Below, one piece after another: positions 42,045 to 53,055 of a stretch of 64,000 nt of DNA. The DNA lies in the NCBI GenBank assembly GCA_963823665.1, contig CAWGMQ010000005.1:1903748-1967747 (forward strand), written 5' to 3'. This stretch comes from an uncultured Planctomycetota bacterium (GTDB lineage: Bacteria; Planctomycetota; Planctomycetia; Isosphaerales; Isosphaeraceae). Both the position numbers and the translations under genes were made by a program. The stretch's first letter is position 1. Every line of letters starts with the position of its first letter. Under the pieces are notes generated by a model. That model made no database searches, was not told the DNA's origin, and saw only the letters and a list, made by a program, of their open reading frames with translations.

Positions 42045-44773
42045 TCATGGAGGACTCCACGGACCAACCAGTTTGGGATCTGCACCAGGATGAGATTGAG
42101 GCCACGTCGAGTCTTCGATCGCAAAGTCGCGCGGCTGAAGCTGTTCCCCGCGTGCCGAGGGGTCAACTTGATATTTGAGCTTGATCCGAATAGGGTCTTT
42201 TTCCTGTCGGACGAAATCAAGCCATCCCTGTAGATCTGTTGCCGCTGCGGAGAGAACCGGGGTTCCCTCACTCGCTGAGTTAACGATCCAACTGTGCCCG
42301 AAGACGTCGTAATTGTTCAATTCGCCACGCCACTGGATCTGCTCCTGCGGGCGCCGCTTGGGATTGACCGCCAATAGAGTATTCGAACGCAAAACACACT
42401 GTTTCACCTCAACCTGTACCAAAGCCGGCCCGGGGCTGTCGGTCAGATCAAACAGTCCCGCCCCTTCCAATGTGCAGTGATCAAGGAGAAAATTCGGCTG
42501 AAACACCTTCGCCTGGGGTCGTACGGAACTGGAAAACCGGAGCTTCGCGCCCCAACCGTATCCTTCGCCGGGGGAACCCTCGGCTAAATCGCGGACTGGA
42601 GCGTGAACGATCATGGTGTGCCTCATTCGCACACTCGTTCTGAATTCGGCGGCGACTTCCATCACGCTATCAAAACCCTCAAACCAACAACGGTCCAGGT
42701 CGAGCAAACCGATGTCAGATTGAACCACGCGACATCCCTTGGGGTGCGGGCCTGGCGCGACCTTGAACGCGCATCGGTCCATCTTCAGGCTGTTCGCCGT
42801 CGTGATCACCGCCGGTGGTGCCGGGGAGGTAGGCACGGTCGGTTTTGGGTAATGGACCACAATCGTGACGCCGGAGATTTTCAATGTCACACCCGAGCCC
42901 AACACGAGCAGAGACTTTGTGCCATTCAGCGTGACGTCGATAACAGGCTGTGTTCCGTCGGCAGCGCGAATACCCAGTGTTCCCCTTGCCGTTCGGAAAT
43001 CGAGGGGAGCGCTGCCGACGCTGACCAGTTTCAGCGGCTCGCGGTTTCGCAACTCCACCCAGCCACGACCGCCCAAGGCAGTCTTCATCGCATCAAATAG
43101 CTTGTCAGCGGCAAAGAATTGCTCCGCTCCAGAATCAGATCGAACCACGATTGGGGCGATTGAATCCGCGGGAATTGACTGTTGAGCTGTCGATTTTTCT
43201 TTCACGTCGGGTGGGTTGCTTGCGGGTTCCACCTTGTCGCTTGGAAGTGGAGCACCAAGCCTTTTGGCCGTTCCTGCTGTTTCCGCAAACGGGTTGATGA
43301 CAGCAAGAAGTCCCACAAGGAGCAACACGATAAACGTGATTGCAAGCAGCACCCAAAGCCAATTGCGCGGCAATTGTAATAGCGAATTGCCTTCGGACGA
43401 GCCACCCGAGTTACTCGCACCCGATCGTGTCTTGGGCCGGGATAGGCCCTCGGTCAGCGATGGCTCCGGAGCTAAAATGAGATCGAGTGAAAACTCGGGA
43501 TCGCTCCCTTGACCGCTCTGGGGACTCTTAACAGTGGACGGAACCCGAACGTTTGACTCCGCGTTATGATTTACGGCGGCGTCCGGTAACGTCTTCACTC
43601 GAACCGATTCCGCGACGGCGAGTCCGGCTGCCCTGGATTCCGCACCCTCATCAAGCCGCGGGGCACCGACTACAACCGCGTTCGGAGAAACAACGCCGGT
43701 TGCGGGCGTGACATGCTGCCCATTGTCTCGGTCGGTCGCGACAGAATTCTCATCTTCATACGACTCCAATGCCTGCGCAACCTGCAAGCGGTGTGGCGTA
43801 GCGATCATCAGGCGACTTGCTCATCATTCGCTGCACAACTTCCGAGAGCCCAGGCGACAGATTCGGAACAAGCTGCGATAGCGATGCCGGCTCCATCGCC
43901 TGGTGTGCAAAGAGCTTTTCAGGCAGACTCGGCGTCGGAAACGGCACCTGACCTGAGCACATGTGATATAATGAACATCCAAGCGAATAAATATCGCTTC
44001 GGATGTCTGCGGAATGTGAGTGCCGCGCCTGCTCAGGAGCAACATAGTCGAACGTGCCGACTGTGGCTCCTTCACGAGTCACCCGATCATCCTCGGCCAG
44101 GTCAATCGCCAGCCCCAGGTCGGCAAGCTTGGCCGTTCCATCACGAGTCACCAGGATGTTGTACGGGTTGACATCACGATGGACCAGCCCTTTGCGATGG
44201 GCGTGCTCCAGGCCCATGCGCCACTTGCCGTACAAGCTTCACCGCAGTCGGCGGAGAAATCGCACCCTGCTCGGAAATCAACGTGCCAATGGTCTTGCCT
44301 TCGATGTACTCCATCACGAGATAGTACCGGCCACTGGATTCGCCGAAGTCGTAGATGCGCACCAGGTTCTCGTGCTGCAACTGGGCGCCGACGCGTGCCT
44401 CACGCTGAAACCGCGCAATGGCTCGCGGGTTGTTCACTCGCTCGGGTGACAGAATCTTGAGGGCTACCTCACGGTTCAAACGGGTGTCCGAGCCAGGTAA
44501 ACTCGTCCCATGCCCCCCTGGCCAATCAAGTCCAGGAGCACGTAACGATCGACTTTGAAACCGCTCGTTCGCCCAGCAATGATTTGCTGCGCTTGCCACA
44601 AGCGAGAGTGCCCGCGCCTGAACGGCCTGCCGAGCGAGCCGACGGTCAATGTGTTGTGGATCATCGCGTTTTCCCGGTGGAATCGCGTTCCAGCAGGCAG
44701 TCAACCCCTGTGCGTCCATCAGGCCGCTCAATATGGTTGACTGCCAGAATCGCGATTCCTTGGGATCGAGCAT
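42045..44773 (-). CDS. Membrane Ser/Thr protein kinase with large C-terminal domain, broken by about four frameshifts
   Basis: Kinase motifs spread over frames: IGQGGMGRVY, VALK, RFQRE, HRDVNPYN, DLG, GTFDYVAPE, DIYSLG; then TM and beta-rich domain. Confidence 0.85.
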
Positions 44774-45105
44774 GGGGCGTCCTGAAACGGCATCGCCTTC
44801 GTCACCACCGCACGACCACGGCAAAGTGGCAAGTAACATTTTAGCTTATCAACTCCTGACGTTTTCTCTCAACGAGCCTATGAACAAAAGCGCACCAGAG
44901 GGCGAGACATCCGGCTTCGCGAAGCTGTCCGAGTTCATCCGCCGACGCGTGGTTCGGCTCTCGGAGTCCGGCACGAGTTCGTTGTTTCCAGTCGACATCG
45001 ATGAATTTCTCGCTGCTGGAGTCGTCACCATGATCAGATCACGGCGTTACACGAGAGACGGATTTTGGTTTCGCAACAAGTGTCGGAACAAGAGGGCCGA
45101 TCGGA

Positions 45106-45460
45106 ATGGCGAAAGATCAGTTGATTCTTCCTCGTGCAGATTCCCGATGCGGCAAGGCATTCTACAGCGACCGGCGAGTTGCCGATGCGACACCGCATCG
45201 CCCTGGAATTCTGGAACCAAGCAACGGGTTCAGTCCGCGCCGGTTATCACTTGGTCGTGCACCGCTGCAAGCAATGTGGAGGCTTCCACATCAGCAAGCG
45301 GCGAATCGAGAAACCGACTCTGAAACTCCTCCCCTCACACCAAACACTGCCGCCTGCGGAGACAAATCAGTTAAACTCGGCAATCGTGAATGCGGGCCGA
45401 TCGCCCGCTGTCCGACGGAACCGGCAGTATGAGCGACCACACTCGCATCGAATGGACTGA
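45106..45460 (+). CDS. Small zinc-finger-like protein (frameshifted)
   Basis: RCGKAFY in one frame continuing as ...HRCKQCGGFHI in another. Confidence 0.55.
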
Positions 45461-46239
45461 CGCGACCTGGAACCCAATCCGAGGTTGCACCAAGATCAGT
45501 CCAGGCTGCGCCCATTGCTACGCCGAAACATTCGCCGAGCGGTTCCGTGGTGTTGACGGTCATCCTTATGAACAGGGGTTCGACCTGCGGCTAGTCCCAG
45601 AAAAGCTCGCCGACCCCCTGAAGTGGTCCAGCCCCCGGATGGTATTCGTGAACTCGATGAGTGACCTCTTTCATGAAGATGTACCCTATCAAGTACATCC
45701 GGGAGACCGTCGAGGTCATGCTCCAGGCGAATTGGCATACCTACCAGGTCTTGACCAAACGATCAGTGCGATTACGCGAATTACTTCAGACCAGACTGAA
45801 CGACGCGGCCGCTGCGCCGCAGATCTGGTGGGGCGTCAGCGTCGAGAACCAGCGTGACGGATTGCCGCGCATTCGCGACCTGCAGCAAACACCCGCCATC
45901 ACTCGCTTTCTTTCCGTCGAGCCCCTTCTGGAAGACCTCGGACCACTCGATCTCACCGGAATTCATTGGGTGATCGTTGGAGGTGAAAGCGGTGCCGGAT
46001 GCCGTCCAGTCGATGGCAACTGGATCACGTCAATCCGAAATCAGTGCCAGAAATCCGGTGTCTCGTTTTTCTTCAAACAGTGGGGTGGTCTCCGCAAGAC
46101 AAAAGCCGGTCGATCACTCGACGGGCAGACCTACGATGAAGTACCCGACCGACGCAGCAAGGTCGCGATCGATCATGAACGCAGAAAACAGCTCCTGGCC
46201 TCGCACCAGCACCGTCGCAACGGCCGCCAGGCACCTTGA
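45429..46239 (+). CDS. DUF5131 (phage Gp37/Gp68) family protein, one frameshift near 45690
   Basis: IEWTDATWNP..GCTKISPGCAHCYAE, FVNSMSDLFH, YQVLTKR, FLSVEPLL, WVIVGGESG, FFFKQWGG. Confidence 0.9.
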
Positions 46240-46269
46240 CTGCGCTTGATCGCTACAGGCGCCTGAGCC

Positions 46270-47952
46270 TCAGACCGACACAAGATCCTGACCCTGGCCT
46301 TCGACCAGTGAAAGGAGTAGCGATCGGTCCTTGCTCCGCGATTCGCCGATCGCCGTGACGTACACAGCAGGATCGTCCTTCACCGGGCATTCGTGCTCGC
46401 AGATACCGCAGCCAATGCACTTGACCGGGTCGATGTAGGGCCGCTTCAGCTCGATCGTCGCTCCCCAACGGTCCGTCACCTCGACGTTGCGGGTGAAGAT
46501 CGCCTTGGGGCTGACCGGGCAAACTTCCTCGCAAACCACGCAACTCGTATCCATTGCCCACGGCAGGCAGCGCCCCTGGTTGTAGAACGCGGTGCCCGTC
46601 TTCACCGGTCCCTTACCCTCGAATGGCCCGATGCCCAGCTTCTCGGCGATCGAGATTTCACGAATCGCGCCCGTCGGACAGACCTGGCTGCACAAGGTGC
46701 AGTTGAGCTCGCACCATCCCATCTTGGAGATCATGATGGGCGTCCACAGCCCCTCCAGTCCCGCTTCAAACAAGGCAGGTTGCAAGACGTTCGTCGGGCA
46801 AACCCGGATGCACTGATCGCATTTGATGCAGCGCCGCAAGAACTCATCTTCGGCAACCGACCCCGGTGGCCGGATCACACCGCGCTGAAAGTTCTTCCGC
46901 ACTCCCCCGGAGAGCCTTGTCATCGGAAAGAACAGCAAGCCGAAGAGTCCGGACAGGACCAGCTCACGCCGGCCGACAGCCGGATAGGCAACTTCACTTG
47001 CCTTGCGCGGAAGGAACCGGAACGACAGAGCATCGTGCGGGCAGTCGTCGATACAGTTGAGGCAGACGAAGCATTCGCTCTTACGAAGATCACCCTGCGG
47101 GTCAGATGCGCCCTCACAGCTCTTCAAGCACAGATCGCAATCGGTGCAGCGCACCGGGTCGCGGTCGATCCGCCAGAGCGCGAACTTACTAAAAATCCCC
47201 AGCAGTGCACCCAGCGGACAAACCACCCGGCAAAAGAAGCGCGGAATCCACCAGTTGGCGACCAGAAAGCCAATGAAGACAAGCCCCACGACCCACGCCT
47301 GCCAGTACTCGCGCGGCTCCGTGTACACGCTCTCGGTCGCTTTGTGCACCGACGGAAGAACGCTCGTGGTCATTGAGCGAACCGTCAGTGCAATCGGGTC
47401 CAGCAGACCGATTTGAAGCGTGCTGTTGGTTCGCTTGTGCTCTTCTGCCGAGCGGGCAATTCCGGTCTCCACTGCCGCAACCACTCGCGCAACGCCAGTC
47501 TGCTGCAACTCGGCTCCCTGGTACGCCCCCAAGATTTGCCCGGGCGCGTCGATTGCAGTGGGAATGATCCACAAACTGGCCATCGCAATCATCACCGCCA
47601 GAATGTAGTACTTGATCGCGTAAATCTTGCGATATCGATTCACCTCGATCATCTGCTTCGTGTTCCGGCGATTGCCGATCCAGCCGAAGAAATGGTGCAG
47701 AATTCCGAACGGGCACATCCAGTTGCACCAAACTCGGCCCAGCATCATCGTGATGGCGATGATCACCAGGCCCCACACCAGATTGCGGTAGATCGTGTGC
47801 GTCGTCAGTGCGGTCGCCACGGCGACGAGCGGAGTCGCTTCAAGAAAGAGCGACACCGGCCATCCCTTGAGATAGCGCAGGTCGGTGATGAACAGAAAGA
47901 AGAGAAAGAGCCCGAGGAAAAGGGCCTCGTAAGCACGTCGGATCTTAACCAT
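46270..47952 (-). CDS. Membrane polyferredoxin (NapH/MauN-like + NapG/MauM-like 4Fe-4S domains)
   Basis: GRVWCNWMCPFG, RFFCRVVCPLG, multiple CxxCxxCxxxCP, RPPG. Confidence 0.9.
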   Translation of the reverse strand: MVKIRRAYEALFLGLFLFFLFITDLRYLKGWPVSLFLEATPLVAVATALTTHTIYRNLVWGLVIIAITMMLGRVWCNWMCPFGILHHFFGWIGNRRNTKQMIEVNRYRKIYAIKYYILAVMIAMASLWIIPTAIDAPGQILGAYQGAELQQTGVARVVAAVETGIARSAEEHKRTNSTLQIGLLDPIALTVRSMTTSVLPSVHKATESVYTEPREYWQAWVVGLVFIGFLVANWWIPRFFCRVVCPLGALLGIFSKFALWRIDRDPVRCTDCDLCLKSCEGASDPQGDLRKSECFVCLNCIDDCPHDALSFRFLPRKASEVAYPAVGRRELVLSGLFGLLFFPMTRLSGGVRKNFQRGVIRPPGSVAEDEFLRRCIKCDQCIRVCPTNVLQPALFEAGLEGLWTPIMISKMGWCELNCTLCSQVCPTGAIREISIAEKLGIGPFEGKGPVKTGTAFYNQGRCLPWAMDTSCVVCEEVCPVSPKAIFTRNVEVTDRWGATIELKRPYIDPVKCIGCGICEHECPVKDDPAVYVTAIGESRSKDRSLLLSLVEGQGQDLVSV

Positions 47953-48247
47953 CTGTCCCTCCGTCAGGGGCGTCCGGCTTGCTGCGCGGATTCGTGCGGC
48001 TGTTTTTTTTCGTCCACTGGTCCGCGATTGTCAGCAGCCGGGAAAGCGGCAGGACGAATCCAGGGAGAAGATCCGTCTGGTAGGTTTCGGTTTCCGCAAT
48101 AATGTCACAGGTCGGCTCGGCGTAACGGTTCCCTCGCGCGAATTGGCCCGGATAAAGCGCATCAAACTGCGCCGGCGTCATCAACCGCCCTGCTGATCCA
48201 AAACCAATGCGAACCTGCCGCTTTTTGGGGGTCGTGGCCTGGCTCAA
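47945..48247 (-). pseudogene. Uma2 (DUF820) endonuclease remnant with internal deletion
   Basis: AGRLMTPAQFDAL...RY joined to YQTDLLPGFVLPLSRLL; catalytic core absent; overlaps both neighbours. Confidence 0.7.
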
Positions 48248-49344
48248 ACCGTGATCTCCTGCGTCCACTGCGGCCGCCAATCCTTGCCGAGCCCCCGTTT
48301 GATCACCTTGTCGAGGTAAATGATCTGTTCGCGAGGCCGCTCCAAGAGCCGGGTCACGCACCAGCTATCCACCGCCGTGCTGTCGGTGCCGATGACCATC
48401 GTGTCACCCCGCTTCACGTCATTCAAACTGCCGCCGGTCGGTCCGTTCCGCATCAAGAGTTTGCGGCCATCCGCAATGACCAGCGATGGCTTCATCATGA
48501 GCGCGAAATCAGAAATGATTCCGTGAATGTTCTGGTGAAACTGGTTGCGCGGGTTGCCCAGCAGCCCGTACCAGTTCTTCATCGTCACCGTGGCCTTGCA
48601 GAGATTGTGGTCCTTCACCGGCGAGATTCCGATTACCTTGGTGGCCTCTCGGAACGGGCGATAGAACATCCGCCAAGTGCTGGTGATTGTCTCGCCACCG
48701 ACGTAGAGCTGCTCGAAGTAGCTGTCTTTCGGCATCATTAGCTCGGCTCCGGCCCGAACGGCCGCCTCGCCGACCTTGGTCTTGTAAAAGCAGCTCTCCG
48801 GGTTGTTGATCGGATTGTCGGCGACGATGACTTTGCGTGCACCAGCCCCGAAGCAGAGCCGGGTCACTGCCATGACGGTGTCAGGTTGCGTGGTCGCAGC
48901 GAGGTCTGGGTTCTTGTCAAAGGCGACGTTCGGCTTGATGACGACGACGTCTCCCTTCTGGATGAATTTGTCCACCCCCCCCATCGCCTCCATGGCGGCC
49001 TTGACCATGTTGAAGGCCTGCTCTTCGCGGGCCTTCATCTCGTCGTCCTTGGACGTGTGATTCTCCGGTAGCACTGGGCTCGATCGAACGATAATCATGT
49101 TCGGCCGGCTCACCGGAAGCTTGACCGAATAGTCCTTGAGCCGCACCGGCGGTGGGGGCTTCACCCCTTCCATGCCCCACCGGTCGCGAAGCAAGAGCCC
49201 CGCCGCGATCGCCCCTCCAGCCGCAAGCGTATAACCGCCGACCTGAGCGGCAAACTGTCGCCGTGAGAACGTCTCATCCGCCGGATTCACTCCGCCGAAT
49301 CGCTCCAGGTTTTTGATCTGCGTCCGGGTCAGCTTTTCGCCCAT
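48244..49344 (-). CDS. DUF362 domain protein (Tat-like signal)
   Basis: SRRQF, MGG...GDVVVIKPNV, K.H...TMKNWYG, GPTGG. Confidence 0.88.
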   Translation of the reverse strand: MGEKLTRTQIKNLERFGGVNPADETFSRRQFAAQVGGYTLAAGGAIAAGLLLRDRWGMEGVKPPPPVRLKDYSVKLPVSRPNMIIVRSSPVLPENHTSKDDEMKAREEQAFNMVKAAMEAMGGVDKFIQKGDVVVIKPNVAFDKNPDLAATTQPDTVMAVTRLCFGAGARKVIVADNPINNPESCFYKTKVGEAAVRAGAELMMPKDSYFEQLYVGGETITSTWRMFYRPFREATKVIGISPVKDHNLCKATVTMKNWYGLLGNPRNQFHQNIHGIISDFALMMKPSLVIADGRKLLMRNGPTGGSLNDVKRGDTMVIGTDSTAVDSWCVTRLLERPREQIIYLDKVIKRGLGKDWRPQWTQEITV

Positions 49345-49481
49345 GGTTTTTTGTCCTTGGTCACGAGTCGTTCGCTTGACATCCTGCGAGCCGCTCCCCG
49401 GTCATGCGGCGATTCCCACAGCACCTAGCGTACCACGAATCGCAGAGACCGGCGAGTCGAGGACCGGCGGATGAACGCGGA

Positions 49482-51299
49482 TTAGTGACTGCTTTCAAGC
49501 GTTGGCACGCTTGCTGGCAGACTCTTGGCAAGTGCGCGGGCAAAGGCTTCGGCCGGGCCGGCGCTCGTGGCGCCGTTGGCTCCAGCCACACAATTCCCCT
49601 TCCGGAACACGACGTCGATCAGCCCGATGTTGGTGCTCATGACCATCTCGTCGGCTCCGTCAGCTTTCAGAGTTTTGACCTCCGCCCCGTCTTTCTTGAC
49701 GCCGGCAATGTATTTCTCGAACACGGCCTTCGCTTCCGCGACATCTCGATACGGACGGAGGAACCCCTGCCACGAGACATTCTTGTCCTTGTAATCGGCC
49801 ATGAAGACGTCGGATAAGAAGCTATAGCCGAAAACGTCCTGCGCGACATACTTGGGATCGCCATCCCGCCCCGAGGCCGGCAGCAGGCCAAAGTACGTCG
49901 CAGGAGAAATCTCCTTTGGCTCCGGCTTGGTTTCCACCTTGGTCTCGGCCACAGCCGGCTTCGTGCTCGCTGGTGCCGGCGCAGCAGCCGTTGATGACGA
50001 TGCCGCTCCGGCCCCAGTCGCCCTCGGCGCGGCAGGGCCGCCCTGCTGAACCGCGACCACTCGCTTGGCGAGATCAAGCGCGAATGCCGCGAACTTGAGA
50101 TCATCCTTGGTGGAGACGATCTGCGTGTAATACCGCCCCGCATGGAACAGCAAGCTGCCCGCGCTGGTATACCCCGCATCGCCCACACTCACGGTCTGGA
50201 ATTCCTCGGGTTTCTCCGAGCCGTATTTGCCGAGCGCTTTGAGCGAATCCGCCATCTCGAAGACATAAAGCTGCAGCTCACTTGATGGGTCGCCGGTCGG
50301 GTGATAAAAGGCGTATGCCATTCCTTTGACGCCATATTGAATGAAGCTTTCAGCTCGCCCATCGATCTTCTCGTAAAGGTTATCGGCGTTGAATGTCTCC
50401 AGATGGCGATCTCCGGGCTTTCCCAGCGTCCATTCCGGTGGCAATCCGGATAGTGGCAGCATGCCGGCCAGCTTCCGCTGTGGCTCGGGCACCGCGGCAA
50501 TCTCCGCTTCCACCTCGGCCGGGCTGAGACCCGTGCCCGCCGGTGTTAGAGCAGTCGCCACCGGCGCCGCAGCGGGAACACCTGCCGACAACGCCGGTGC
50601 CGTGTTCACCGGGGTATTCGCCACGATCGTGCGCAGGTCAACCGGCGGGGCGGTGTAGTCAAGCAATTGCTGCGGCCCGTCCAGGCCGACGCTCTGTCGC
50701 ACGCCGGCCAGAGATTGCAACACTGCGGGAAACCGCTGTGCGACAGCCGGCGACGTGCCGGCGACACTGCGCAAGAGCAGCATCGCCTCATCGAGCTTCT
50801 TCACGTTATTGACCAGGTTCTTACGCTCGTGCGCCAGCCGTTCCATTTCCAGTCGCACCGCGTCATCAGCTTCCTTGAGGGTCTTGTATTCCCGCCCTTG
50901 ATCGAGGACCGACCAGGTTTTATTCGGGTCAAATTCGTAGCGATTGTGGTCGAACCATCGGCTCTTGATCACCAGCGCCGCGAAAATCGCGGGAATTCCC
51001 ATGACGAGCATCATGCCGATCACGATCGACGAGAATTCCGGTTTCTGCATGATTCGCCCGCGGCGGGCTTTGAACCAATCGAGCCGGCCCAGGACAGCAA
51101 ACGCGATCGGCGTGGTCGCAATCGCGATCAAAGCGGCCAGGAGCGCGAAGGTCTGAAACGGATCGCTCCATAGCTCGTCACGAAGTCTCGCCCAGAACGC
51201 TGCCACTTTCGATTGTGCCTCCACGCTCGGTCCCTGGTCGTTGCATTGTACCACGGAGCTTCTGCCGCCGGAAACCGGCCTGTATCTGACCTTTATCAC
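49482..51299 (-). CDS. DUF6599-like membrane protein
   Basis: Two TM helices, coiled coil, then NLYEKIDGRAESFIQYG domain; true start probably downstream of the ORF start. Confidence 0.75.
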   Translation of the reverse strand: MIKVRYRPVSGGRSSVVQCNDQGPSVEAQSKVAAFWARLRDELWSDPFQTFALLAALIAIATTPIAFAVLGRLDWFKARRGRIMQKPEFSSIVIGMMLVMGIPAIFAALVIKSRWFDHNRYEFDPNKTWSVLDQGREYKTLKEADDAVRLEMERLAHERKNLVNNVKKLDEAMLLLRSVAGTSPAVAQRFPAVLQSLAGVRQSVGLDGPQQLLDYTAPPVDLRTIVANTPVNTAPALSAGVPAAAPVATALTPAGTGLSPAEVEAEIAAVPEPQRKLAGMLPLSGLPPEWTLGKPGDRHLETFNADNLYEKIDGRAESFIQYGVKGMAYAFYHPTGDPSSELQLYVFEMADSLKALGKYGSEKPEEFQTVSVGDAGYTSAGSLLFHAGRYYTQIVSTKDDLKFAAFALDLAKRVVAVQQGGPAAPRATGAGAASSSTAAAPAPASTKPAVAETKVETKPEPKEISPATYFGLLPASGRDGDPKYVAQDVFGYSFLSDVFMADYKDKNVSWQGFLRPYRDVAEAKAVFEKYIAGVKKDGAEVKTLKADGADEMVMSTNIGLIDVVFRKGNCVAGANGATSAGPAEAFARALAKSLPASVPTLESSH

Positions 51300-51304
51300 G
51301 AAGA

Positions 51305-52210
51305 TTACAAGAACAGCGATTCGACAAAGGTATCGGCGTCAAACGGCTGGAGATCGTCCAGCGCTTCGCCGATTCCGATGAACTTCACTGGTAAATTCAT
51401 GGTTTGGCGCACGGCCACAACCACACCGCCCTTCGCAGTGCCGTCCAGCTTGGTCAAGATCACCCCGGTGCAGCCGATGCTCTTGGTAAAGACCTCGGCC
51501 TGGCGAATCGCGTTTTGCCCGTTGGTACCATCAATCACCAGCAACACCTCGTGCGGTGAGCCGGGAATTAGCCGCTGAATGACGTTGCGAATCTTCTCGA
51601 GCTCCCGCATCAGGTGCGTCTGTGTGTGCAGGCGGCCGGCCGTGTCCACGATCAGAACTTCTACGTGTCGCGCCAGGGCTCGCTGGCAAGCGTCATGGGC
51701 CACGCTCGCCGGATCCGCCCCCGGTGACCCTTTCACGATCTCACAGCCCGCCCGAGCCGCCCAGATTAAGAGCTGGTCGGCAGCAGCCGCGCGGAATGTG
51801 TCACAGGCAGCCAGCAGTATGGTCTTTCCCTGGTCCTTGAGATATTGCGCCAGCTTGGCAATGGAAGTCGTCTTACCCGAGCCATTCACCCCTGCGATTA
51901 AATAAACGCTCGGTGGCTTGGGAGCGACCAGCAGAGTACCGGGCCTGGGATCGACCAGCAGCGCCTTCAGCTCACTTTTGACGAATGTAAGCAAGTTCTC
52001 ATCGGCCGTCTGATCGGCGAATGCCTCGCGCACCCGGCTAATTAGCCGTGTGGTGGCCACAACGCCGACATCCGCCTGGATCAATCGTTTCTCCAGGTCA
52101 TTGAGAAACGACTCGTCCACTTTCCGCCCGAACCACGAGCGGAAATTGAAGAGCTGCGCCGTCTTGGCCAGCCCTTTTTTCAACCGTTCCAGCCAACCCG
52201 ATATCGCCAT
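51305..52210 (-). CDS. ftsY: Signal recognition particle receptor
   Basis: [41 protein letters not shown]. Confidence 0.97.
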   Translation of the reverse strand: MAISGWLERLKKGLAKTAQLFNFRSWFGRKVDESFLNDLEKRLIQADVGVVATTRLISRVREAFADQTADENLLTFVKSELKALLVDPRPGTLLVAPKPPSVYLIAGVNGSGKTTSIAKLAQYLKDQGKTILLAACDTFRAAAADQLLIWAARAGCEIVKGSPGADPASVAHDACQRALARHVEVLIVDTAGRLHTQTHLMRELEKIRNVIQRLIPGSPHEVLLVIDGTNGQNAIRQAEVFTKSIGCTGVILTKLDGTAKGGVVVAVRQTMNLPVKFIGIGEALDDLQPFDADTFVESLFL

Positions 52211-52249
52211 TTACATCCTTAAAAGAATCTTGCTCGCGATTGACGTCCT

Positions 52250-52289
52250 CCCTCTCTCACTTCTCACTGAGAGAGGGTTGGCGTGAGGG
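52250..52289. repeat. Degenerate CCCTCTCCC...GGGAGAGGG-type palindromic repeat
   Basis: CCCTCTCTCA...TGAGAGAGGG-TTGGCGTGAGGG. Confidence 0.5.
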
Positions 52290-52631
52290 TTCCACGCGGA
52301 TGATTGCCGTGAGGAACCTGTGCCCTGCAAAAACGCGAATTTGCCGACACACCATACCGGCATAACACCCGTGGATGTCTATTCTACCGAGGAATGCAAG
52401 ATCGCCGAACGGACAGAACCAGAGTCGTAAGTGAAACTGCATCGCGTTTATTAAAACGAAACCCGCTGCTGGCTTGGGTTCGTGCGCTCAATTCACCCAC
52501 GTTGTCAAGTGCCCATTCGGCGGCCTTTTCGCGAGCCAAACTCCGTTGCTCACGTAGGTTATGCGCTTCCGGCCACCTAACGTGCGTTGGGTTCGTTCGT
52601 CACATTATGACAATTCGGATGGTCCCCACTC

Positions 52632-52664
52632 ATTGCACTGAATTGCACTGGATTGCACTGAATT
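52632..52664. repeat. Three tandem 10-bp repeats
   Basis: ATTGCACTGA ATTGCACTGG ATTGCACTGA ATT. Confidence 0.8.
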
Positions 52665-52743
52665 CAGAAAAAACCGGCGTGGTTCAAGCGCGGGTAACAC
52701 TCCTCGACGCCATTCGAGGCGCAACCGGCCCGCCGGTCCCTTC

Positions 52744-52806
52744 GTAGGGTGGGTGTAACCCACCATCCCATATCGTATTACGACCGGTGGGTTGCACCCA
52801 CCCTAT
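52744..52806. repeat. Inverted pair of GTAG-type REPs (REPIN-like)
   Basis: GTAGGGTGGGTGTAACCCACC and inverted GGTGGGTTGCACCCACCCTAT, 21 bp apart. Confidence 0.7.
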
Positions 52807-53055
52807 GTACTGCCGCTCATTAACGGTGTTACCTTAGCGTCGCGTCCGTTGAACCACGCCAAAAAACCAGTCTTTCCCATTCACGGTTCCGAGCCAAGAG
52901 CTCAGGCGCATCCACGTGCCCGCAAAAGATATGCGACGAGACAATGATGGATAGCAAGGAACGGATCACCGTAGTGATGTGTATCCCGGGGTCGATGACG
53001 CGAAAGGCTCGGTCCGTCCCCACTAAAGTTTGCCACTCCTGCGAACGTTCGTGAT

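Noticed and set aside
45429..46239. Prophage
   Set aside because: DUF5131 alone; no structural, terminase or integrase genes.
46393..47376. 327-aa plus-strand ORF
   Set aside because: Shadow of the polyferredoxin gene.
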